This document shows, piece after piece, positions 25,049 to 31,421 of a stretch of 31,421 bases of DNA. The notes beneath the pieces were generated by a model. The model saw only the letters and a list, made by a program, of their open reading frames with translations, made no database searches and was not told the origin of the DNA. A program made the position numbers and the translations under genes. Positions within the stretch are counted from its first letter, which is position 1; the number at the start of each line of letters is the position of its first letter. The stretch spans positions 1 to 31,421 of IMG/VR virus record IMGVR_UViG_3300014208_000386. One strand, 5' to 3'. The stretch is from a virus (lineage: Duplodnaviria > Caudoviricetes).

Positions 25049-25076
25049 AGGTTACATAATGCTTATTAGCGGAAGT
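25049..25076 (-). other. dif-like XerC/D recombination site
   Basis: ACTTCCGCTAA-TAAGCA-TTATGTAACCT versus B. subtilis dif as recalled (ACTTCCTAGAA-TATATA-TTATGTAAACT); same 11-6-11 layout. Confidence 0.75.
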
Positions 25077-25260
25077 TGTGTTAAAGTGCCATTAGTCTTA
25101 CTGTAAGTAAGTGTTAAGCCATGTTATATAATCTTTTCCATATTGTTATTGATACTGGATTACTAATAAGATAGTACACTATCTACTAGAATATGGAATA
25201 AATAAGGCTGTGGATAAGTGATCCTTTTTAACGAGTCGACCTACTTGTAAAATTTGGTTG

Positions 25261-25743
25261 TTACATTCCTTCTATTAACTTCATGCCTGTTACTTCGTTA
25301 CCATTTATTTCCACTATTGCTTTTTTGGTTTGTAAATGCTCTTTAATATCGTTTGGTGTAAGCTGTTCGGGCTGACTGGTGGCATTAATATCAATCCTGT
25401 CAGTCCATCCAAAATTGTTCTTCAGATTGAATATGCCACCGATAGCATTGATAGAACCATTTAGTAAACCTTCTTCTACATAGTTCTCAACCATTTGTTT
25501 TGCTCTTTTAACCGATTCTGCATACTCTGGTCTTTTGCCATAGTCAATTAATGTATCCTTGCATATATCAATATAAACACATAGCCCAGTTATGGTATAT
25601 GGTTTAAGTTTTTCTCCTTCAAACCTCCTAAGTTTGCGCTGCTTATTTTCTTCGTCTACATATTGGAAATATTCAACTATTCTTATTTCTAGTTCCTCTG
25701 GGGTATATTTTAATGGAGCACCCCCGATTCCTGGGATTGTCAT
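25261..25743 (-). CDS. terS: Terminase small subunit (P22 gp3-like DNA-packaging protein)
   Basis: G.P.KYTPEEL...I.EYF, PYTITGLC.Y, Y..RPEY...VKRAK, IFNLKNNFGW.D. Confidence 0.88.
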   Translation of the reverse strand: MTIPGIGGAPLKYTPEELEIRIVEYFQYVDEENKQRKLRRFEGEKLKPYTITGLCVYIDICKDTLIDYGKRPEYAESVKRAKQMVENYVEEGLLNGSINAIGGIFNLKNNFGWTDRIDINATSQPEQLTPNDIKEHLQTKKAIVEINGNEVTGMKLIEGM

Positions 25744-25745
25744 AT

Positions 25746-26315
25746 TTATTCACCTCCTAATATGTCTGGTACCTCTTTACCTGATTCATTCCAATCATTA
25801 CCGTACTTAGCAAGTATATCTTTAAAATCTTCAATATCATGCGGCCTTATGGTTAATCCTCTTTCGGTCATTTGTATATGTTTAAGTTCATGCTCCATAA
25901 GTATTTGCTTCTGATTTTTATTAAGCATTTCTGTGTTGTAATAGTAAAAAGTTACTATTACGTCAAAAGGCAAATAGGCTTTGTACACTTCTCCTATTTT
26001 ACGACAATCAGCAAATGTTATTTTTTGTCCACCTTTATTTTCATAGCTTAGAACATATCCGATTTTAATGCCGAATGTGTTAATGAAATGCAACTCCGGA
26101 AATTTATCTATTATTGCTTCACCTAATTGTTTAAGTTCTTTGCTTGGTTCTGCGTCCCTAATACCTGTTCTCCTGGCTAAGAGCTTAGTTAATATGGTTC
26201 TGCGTTTAAAGCTTTGTGTTTTATAAATATTAATAAGTTCATCTATCGCCGCACATGATACCTTTGCATTTTTACAGAACTGCTTATTTATACACTGTTC
26301 GCATAATGAAACCAC
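25746..26315 (-). CDS. Putative phage metallopeptidase
   Basis: HELKHI followed by IRPHDIEDF..I..KYG; adjacent to terS. Confidence 0.75.
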   Translation of the reverse strand: MVSLCEQCINKQFCKNAKVSCAAIDELINIYKTQSFKRRTILTKLLARRTGIRDAEPSKELKQLGEAIIDKFPELHFINTFGIKIGYVLSYENKGGQKITFADCRKIGEVYKAYLPFDVIVTFYYYNTEMLNKNQKQILMEHELKHIQMTERGLTIRPHDIEDFKDILAKYGNDWNESGKEVPDILGGE

Positions 26316-26338
26316 ATCAACCTAGCTCCTTTCTTAAA

Positions 26339-26458
26339 TTAACCTTCCCTAAGTTGATAGGTTAATAATTCTAGAATCAATATCCCCATGTTAATTCCTG
26401 CTTCTTTACATCTTTGTATAACCTCAGCACTTATTTCACGTCTATCTATAAAGTCCAC
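26339..26458 (-). CDS. 39-aa hypothetical protein (not in ORF track)
   Basis: GTG start reads MDFIDRREISAEVIQRC...LREG*; fills the intergenic gap. Confidence 0.35.
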   Translation of the reverse strand: MDFIDRREISAEVIQRCKEAGINMGILILELLTYQLREG

Positions 26459-26476
26459 TTACACCACGTCCTTTAG

Positions 26477-26674
26477 TTAATCCCAATTTACGGATGGGGT
26501 ATCCACAACACTTTCCTGTTCTTCATGAATCGTTACCCAACCATGGCTAAAATTTTCACTTACTTGTGATAATATTTGGTTGGCTAGGCTTTTTAAATCC
26601 GTCTTAGAACCGCATATATTTAATGGGCCATTTATTTTTCGTTTTGTTTTACTGTGTGTAATTAGTATTTCCAT
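26477..26674 (-). CDS. Hypothetical protein
   Basis: 65 aa, abuts the DegT stop. Confidence 0.55.
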   Translation of the reverse strand: MEILITHSKTKRKINGPLNICGSKTDLKSLANQILSQVSENFSHGWVTIHEEQESVVDTPSVNWD

Positions 26675-27760
26675 TTACGGTCCCTCTTTCAACCATGCTA
26701 AGACTATATTCTCCTCTACGGCCTCGCAGACAGGGCAGAGGTTGTCAGGATAGCCCAAAGACTTAAATAAGGGCATGCGGTAAATTGGGTCTATGTAGTG
26801 AGATTTATAATTAAACTTATTCCACGGGTCATTATCCATTTTTATTTCTGGACACTTGCTTAAAAATTCATTTTGTATTGTGTATCTATAGTAAGCACTT
26901 TCACATTCCGGCCTGACTTTTACATCGAAGTATTTTGCATGATCCCTGATAACTTTCAGGATGCCGGCAAGTTTCTTTAGTTGTTCTCTTGCTATACAGG
27001 CTTGAAGTTCTGTCATTCTCATATTCATGCCGACCAATGATATTATGCTTTTATCAAATTGGCTTAGTTTGCCCTGTCTTGTAATGTCATTGCAAACCGC
27101 CTCTGCATGGTTAATTGAAAGTTTTAATGCGAAGGCTAGTTCATCATTATCAGTAACAACAATTCCACCTTCACCACATTGAATATGCTTATGTCGATTG
27201 AGTGAATAAACTCCAATATCTCCCAATGTCCCGGCATATTTACCTTTGTACTTGGCCCCAATGCTTTGCGCAGCATCTTCTATGACATATATCTTATGCC
27301 CGTATATTTTACTATATTTATCTGCTATAGCATTTATGGCATCTGCATCATATGGCTGTCCAAAGATATCTACCACAATTATTGCCTTCGTATTAGGGGT
27401 TATCTTGGCTTCTACATCTTTTGGATCTAAACAGTAATAGTCAGATTCTATATCCGCAAAAACAGGCTTGGCTCCGAAATGAAGCGGGATAGATGCTGAG
27501 CAGGTCATACTATAGCAAGTTACCACACATTCGTCCCCCGGTTTTAAGCCAATAGCGGCGCAAGCGAGCCAGAGACCACTTGTGGCAGAATTGCAAGTCA
27601 CGGCGTGTTTAGTATTGAAGTAATTTGCCCACTCAGTTTCTAATGCTCGGATTTCCGGTCCTCCATAAAACGACTCAGACCAATTACCTTGAAAACCCGA
27701 GAGAATTCCCCTATCTAAAACCCTGAGAACAGCTTCCCTTTCTTCTTTGCCAATTGACAT
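26675..27760 (-). CDS. DegT/DnrJ/EryC1/StrS PLP-dependent sugar aminotransferase (PseC/SpsC-like role)
   Basis: NSATSGL, GA.PVFADI, IEDAAQS.GA, YSLNRHKHIQCGEGG (PLP Lys), NMRMTELQA. ATG at 27760 follows AAGGAGCGATAAA. Confidence 0.92.
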   Translation of the reverse strand: MSIGKEEREAVLRVLDRGILSGFQGNWSESFYGGPEIRALETEWANYFNTKHAVTCNSATSGLWLACAAIGLKPGDECVVTCYSMTCSASIPLHFGAKPVFADIESDYYCLDPKDVEAKITPNTKAIIVVDIFGQPYDADAINAIADKYSKIYGHKIYVIEDAAQSIGAKYKGKYAGTLGDIGVYSLNRHKHIQCGEGGIVVTDNDELAFALKLSINHAEAVCNDITRQGKLSQFDKSIISLVGMNMRMTELQACIAREQLKKLAGILKVIRDHAKYFDVKVRPECESAYYRYTIQNEFLSKCPEIKMDNDPWNKFNYKSHYIDPIYRMPLFKSLGYPDNLCPVCEAVEENIVLAWLKEGP

Positions 27761-27780
27761 TTTATCGCTCCTTTCAAAAC

Positions 27781-27806
27781 AAAAAGAAGCCGTTGTTCGG
27801 CCTCTT
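27781..27806 (-). terminator. Terminator-like hairpin
   Basis: Minus strand AAGAGGCCG-AACAA-CGGCTTCTT-TTT. Confidence 0.5.
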
Positions 27807-27837
27807 AAGTTGTAAGAAATTTGTTTTTTCTGTTCCA

Positions 27838-28575
27838 TTACTTTTTCAATACTATCAACTTATATGTTGAGTCTACAGCACCTAATTCATAAGCCCTCAT
27901 AACCTGGCTGAGCGTTAAGTTTCTATGGTCTGCAGTGGCATAATGGTTTGAATAGGTATCATAGACCCCGAGACATTCAAACATATCAAACAAGCCTACA
28001 ATTTCACCTTCGGCAAAGTTTCTCGTTATGGCCTGTACTTTTTCACTCCACTGCGAACCCTCCCTTGCTACAGTTATAAATACTAATCCACCGGGTTTTA
28101 AGACGCGGTGGAATTCCTTCGCTATCTCTCTTATGTAGTCATTGTCCTTGATATGGATTAATACGCCCAGGTTGAAAATAATGTCGAATTCATTATCGTA
28201 ACGTTTTGTATTTTTTATATCACCAACACTGTATATTGTGCCGGGAGGACTGTTTTCTTTTGCGTAATCAATTACCTCTCTGCTTAAATCTATCCCTCGG
28301 CAATTTGACGATTCGGCCCCCAGTTCACACATTTTACGGAGCATCCGTCCGTTTCCACAGCCAGCGTCCAGTATTTTTAGGTTTGGTAAATCCTCTTTGC
28401 CGTTACTAATCATAGAATGGACAATTTGACTTGTCAGCATAAAATCGTTAAATAAATCAAGGATAGTATTGTTATTGATCGGTTCTTTTTTGTTGGTAGA
28501 TGACAATTCCTTATAGTAATAGTTGTCAAATACTTCGTTTAACCTTTTTTGCTCGGTTTCTTCGCTCCCAATCAT
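27838..28575 (-). CDS. Class I SAM-dependent methyltransferase
   Basis: ILDAGCGNG, GIDLS, FDIIF..GVLIHI, RVLKPGG. Confidence 0.88.
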   Translation of the reverse strand: MIGSEETEQKRLNEVFDNYYYKELSSTNKKEPINNNTILDLFNDFMLTSQIVHSMISNGKEDLPNLKILDAGCGNGRMLRKMCELGAESSNCRGIDLSREVIDYAKENSPPGTIYSVGDIKNTKRYDNEFDIIFNLGVLIHIKDNDYIREIAKEFHRVLKPGGLVFITVAREGSQWSEKVQAITRNFAEGEIVGLFDMFECLGVYDTYSNHYATADHRNLTLSQVMRAYELGAVDSTYKLIVLKK

Positions 28576-28599
28576 TTTTTATTTCTCCTTTACTGCGTT

Positions 28600-28866
28600 T
28601 TATAAACTAATATCCATATAATCATCTAGCCATTTCAAAAAGCCTACTACATCTTCGATTCCGTAACCCTTTTCGACAGCTTCGGAACACGTGTAGTATT
28701 GATTGACAAACTCCGTCATAATTAGCCGAAAATCATTTTCGGAAAGGCCGGTTAGATGCGTTTTAACTTCTTCGCGTAATAATTCGTCTTTGATGCCGCT
28801 ATCTACACATCCGTTATCATAAGCGAATAATCCGTCCAAGGAATCAAACAACTTTTTCTTATCCAT
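28600..28866 (-). CDS. Hypothetical protein
   Basis: 88 aa with GGAGCGAAA RBS. Confidence 0.6.
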   Translation of the reverse strand: MDKKKLFDSLDGLFAYDNGCVDSGIKDELLREEVKTHLTGLSENDFRLIMTEFVNQYYTCSEAVEKGYGIEDVVGFLKWLDDYMDISL

Positions 28867-28869
28867 ATT

Positions 28870-29769
28870 TTATTTCGCTCCCTCCATCAAAGGTTTATCT
28901 TTAGTCATCAACTCAAAACAAATTTCCAGCGTCCGCAAGGCATCCTCAGCCGTGCATTTTAACGGTTCCCTGCCTTGCAGAAACTGGTAGGCATTTTCGA
29001 CGACATGCCAGTGTGATTTGTCGTAGTACGGCCATACGGGCATATCACCGATACGTTGTTCCTGCCAATGGTATTTTTCAAAGAATAGTTCAATCTGCCA
29101 TATACGGTAATTTTCAAATGGTTCTAAACAAAAATAACTATGTTTATGTTCTGGTCTTGGTTCAATCCAATTCAGGAAACTTATTGCATGGGTTCCAGTA
29201 TGCAATAAACCTCTATTAAAAACCGCTTTGCCCCATATTAATTTCCCAAATTCACCTGATAGATACCGTTGCCTTAATTCTTCGTAATATGGTAAAAACA
29301 TTCGAGTATAATTTACACACAAATCTCTTCCCTTAGCTTTATACAGTTCAACCACTTCCCTAGCCTGCTGCAGGTTGGTGCAAAGGGGCTTTTCCACAAT
29401 GACTAATTTTAAAGGAAAATAAGCTAGATGTTTAAGTAGTTCGTAATGCAGGTTGTCTGGTGTGGCGATAACAACAACATCAGGTTTTTTGCAACCGGCG
29501 GGGTTTAATGCTCTTTCAATTGTTGCAAAAGCACATCCTCCCCAATATTCTTGAGCTTTTAGGGATTTTGTATGGTCAGAATCATAAAATCCATTTAACT
29601 CAAATCCCGGATGTTCAGTAACAGCATGAGCGAAACTTATGATTTTATGCTCATTCCCGCTGCCCGGCGCATCGGAAAAACAGCCTTGCTTCCCTGCTCC
29701 CACAATAATTACATTGTATTTGTTACCGCTTTTTACGTCCTGGTTTTGGACCGCGTTTTTTTGGCTCAT
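28870..29769 (-). CDS. Gfo/Idh/MocA family NAD(P)-dependent oxidoreductase
   Basis: IIVGAG..G, DVVVIATP...HY, VEKPL, VNYTR.F, H.GTH.I. ATG at 29769 follows GGAGGAGCGA. Confidence 0.88.
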   Translation of the reverse strand: MSQKNAVQNQDVKSGNKYNVIIVGAGKQGCFSDAPGSGNEHKIISFAHAVTEHPGFELNGFYDSDHTKSLKAQEYWGGCAFATIERALNPAGCKKPDVVVIATPDNLHYELLKHLAYFPLKLVIVEKPLCTNLQQAREVVELYKAKGRDLCVNYTRMFLPYYEELRQRYLSGEFGKLIWGKAVFNRGLLHTGTHAISFLNWIEPRPEHKHSYFCLEPFENYRIWQIELFFEKYHWQEQRIGDMPVWPYYDKSHWHVVENAYQFLQGREPLKCTAEDALRTLEICFELMTKDKPLMEGAK

Positions 29770-30721
29770 TTTCTTTTTTCGCTCCTCCTGATATTGCATT
29801 AACCGCTTCACTTAACTTGTCCATCATAGTTCTAGGGACTACAGTATCTTTGTGAAGCACCGCTGTGTTAGATTCAACAAGCCCACCTTTGGGCATATTG
29901 TCATAACACTGTTGAAGTTCAGCGAAGTAATTTTTCCTCGCAACTTTTTGTACTCGCAAATAACAGTCGGGGTTAAAGGTATCAAGTAAATTTATTACGT
30001 CCTGGCAACTTAGATCCGATTTACATTCTTCACCAGCTGCGAATATCCAGTTCAACAATTCGCGGTCTTCGGGCGTGTCCAACGTAACCTCAATATCGGG
30101 CCTGTTTTGGCCCGGTGGGGCTGTCCAGTTGAGGCAGGTATAGTTCTGCTTGCCTTTGGGATTTAAGTACATCCACGGACTGACGTGACTACGATCGATA
30201 GGATTATCTACTTCCCGGTTAACCCGTTCTAAAGTTTCAGTGCTAAACACCCGGATATCGTAACCCCGGGGGAATGTCCGTTCGATAATGTTGCTGACCA
30301 TGTCGTAGGGTTTTGTTACCACATCAGCACCTAGCGCATCATGGATTGCATTATTTACAATATACATTTCTACAAGCGCGTTGACGTGGCTGGGGTCAAT
30401 CAAAACGCAATCAGCCGTAATCTCGACAATCACGTCAATATTAAACTGTCTTGCTGCTTCCAGCACCCGGCTTAATACGTCTTCTTCACTGCCCCGGGAA
30501 TAATTGCAGCCCAACTTTTCGCATAATTGAGCAATACAATCGTCTTTTGAGTTTGTGGTTGTGGCGATGATTATGTCATCAAGCGTTTTAGCGGCTCTCA
30601 GGCGTTCTATGACACGTTGTAGAGCTGGCCTGCCTCCGATATCCAGAAGTGCTTTTCCAGGAAGACGAGAACTTCCCTGTCGAGCCTGCACAATAGATGC
30701 AATTCGTTTTCCGTTAATCAT
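29723..30721 (-). CDS. spsF: SpsF/PseF-like acylneuraminate cytidylyltransferase
   Basis: IVQAR.GSSRLPGK, RGSEEDVLSR, ITADC.LIDP, FPRG.D, VTLDTPED. Confidence 0.85.
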   Translation of the reverse strand: MINGKRIASIVQARQGSSRLPGKALLDIGGRPALQRVIERLRAAKTLDDIIIATTTNSKDDCIAQLCEKLGCNYSRGSEEDVLSRVLEAARQFNIDVIVEITADCVLIDPSHVNALVEMYIVNNAIHDALGADVVTKPYDMVSNIIERTFPRGYDIRVFSTETLERVNREVDNPIDRSHVSPWMYLNPKGKQNYTCLNWTAPPGQNRPDIEVTLDTPEDRELLNWIFAAGEECKSDLSCQDVINLLDTFNPDCYLRVQKVARKNYFAELQQCYDNMPKGGLVESNTAVLHKDTVVPRTMMDKLSEAVNAISGGAKKENEPKKRGPKPGRKKR

Positions 30722-30745
30722 GTTTTGTCGCTCCCTTCCTTCATG

Positions 30746-31420
30746 TTAAAACACATCACTTAGTGTATTTTTTTGATATTCATTTTCATACCATTCAATA
30801 AAATTATTATGCAATTTATCTTTTGCTTCTTGATATACACGTGCCGCATCATTTTTGTCTGCATATCCACCAAAGAAATATCTTTTTCCTTTAAAAGTTA
30901 TTGTAGGATAATATCTTCCATTCTTTTGGTTTTGATAAAGACCCACGATTCCTGTTTTGTTTTTCCGTGGATTATGTTTCCTCTTTAATATAGCTATTGA
31001 TGTATTTTGAATTAATATTAATCCTTCTCTTACCTTGTCTTCGAGATTAGTATCTGCATGTAATCTTTTTGATACTTCGCTCATAATCTTTTTCTTGTCT
31101 CTACATTTGCCACAAGTTCTAGGGCCCGTATTTCTTCTTATGTTTTCTTTTAATTCTCCAGTTGATAAATTTATCTCATTCCCGCAATCACATAAGCATT
31201 TATATAGACGAGCACCGTGGTTGTTGTTTTTATCAAGCAGTTCCACAACCACTACTTTCCCAAATCTTTTCCCTATAAAATCATTGCATTTCATAATCTT
31301 TGACATAACCTCTCGCCTTTTAACAGTTAGGCAGTTATCGCAGCAATTGGTGTATAGATGCTTTGCGTATTTTAGCTTAGTTGTTTTTAGTTCTCCGCAG
31401 TCACACCTAAATAACCCAAT
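30746..31420 (-). CDS. AP2-domain / CxCDCG-repeat protein of homing-endonuclease type (5' end outside window)
   Basis: GKRFGK..V, CLCDCGN, NKTG..G...Y...I.FKGKRY..G.Y....A (AP2). The frame stays open past the track start (IGLFRCDCGE...) to the window edge. Confidence 0.7.
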   Translation of the reverse strand: MGLFRCDCGELKTTKLKYAKHLYTNCCDNCLTVKRREVMSKIMKCNDFIGKRFGKVVVVELLDKNNNHGARLYKCLCDCGNEINLSTGELKENIRRNTGPRTCGKCRDKKKIMSEVSKRLHADTNLEDKVREGLILIQNTSIAILKRKHNPRKNKTGIVGLYQNQKNGRYYPTITFKGKRYFFGGYADKNDAARVYQEAKDKLHNNFIEWYENEYQKNTLSDVF

Positions 31421-31421
31421 A

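Larger units (their letters stand above)
1..31421 (-). mobile_element. Tailed phage/prophage segment (HK97-type head module plus accessory region)
   Basis: TerS, TerL, portal, protease, MCP and head-tail genes are co-oriented on the minus strand. No host housekeeping genes or integrase in the window. Confidence 0.95.

Noticed and set aside
12601-30721. Reading the sugar genes as a host flagellar-glycosylation island beside a prophage
   Set aside because: terS, a phage metallopeptidase, nucleases and many small phage-type ORFs are interleaved with the sugar genes. No flagellar genes or att boundary are seen.
1658-30988. Plus-strand ORFs in the track (e.g. 3683-4147, 8053-8775, 13685-14059) and nested minus-strand ORFs
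   Set aside because: They are antisense or out-of-frame shadows of well-supported genes and show no recognisable motifs.
1-31421. CRISPR array, tRNA/rRNA, integrase, reverse transcriptase/DGR, inteins
   Set aside because: No regular repeat-spacer pattern, cloverleaf or corresponding protein motifs were noticed on reading by eye.

Overview
A 31.4-kb, AT-rich segment of a tailed phage or prophage, probably of a Firmicute/Clostridia-type host (GGAGG RBSs, a Firmicute-type dif-like site). Essentially all real genes are on the minus strand. The left part (1-12.4 kb) is an HK97-type head module: TerL, HNH endonuclease, a portal-MuF-HExxH peptidase fusion, three Ser/Thr-rich genes, an enlarged prohead protease with a 22-Cys segment, major capsid, a cement-like protein and head-tail joining genes. 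The right part (12.4-31.4 kb) splits terS from terL by about 12.9 kb. It carries a dispersed nonulosonic-acid (pseudaminic/legionaminic-type) pathway: PseB-like dehydratase, DegT aminotransferase, GNAT, formyltransferase, minimal NeuB/PseI, SpsF-like cytidylyltransferase, Gfo/Idh/MocA oxidoreductase, two SAM methyltransferases and a DUF4910-like protein. It ends in a Maf-type (flagellin) glycosyltransferase next to terL. The best candidate for a new system is phage-encoded protein O-glycosylation with a sialic-acid-like sugar, acting on virion proteins or host flagellin. Other signals: a GGAGCGA(T) RBS shared by about 15 accessory genes, three structured leaders whose loops are antisense to RBSs, a 28-bp dif-like Xer site behind terS, and an A9 run at the portal/MuF junction. 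All family calls come from motif recognition by eye; no searches were run.
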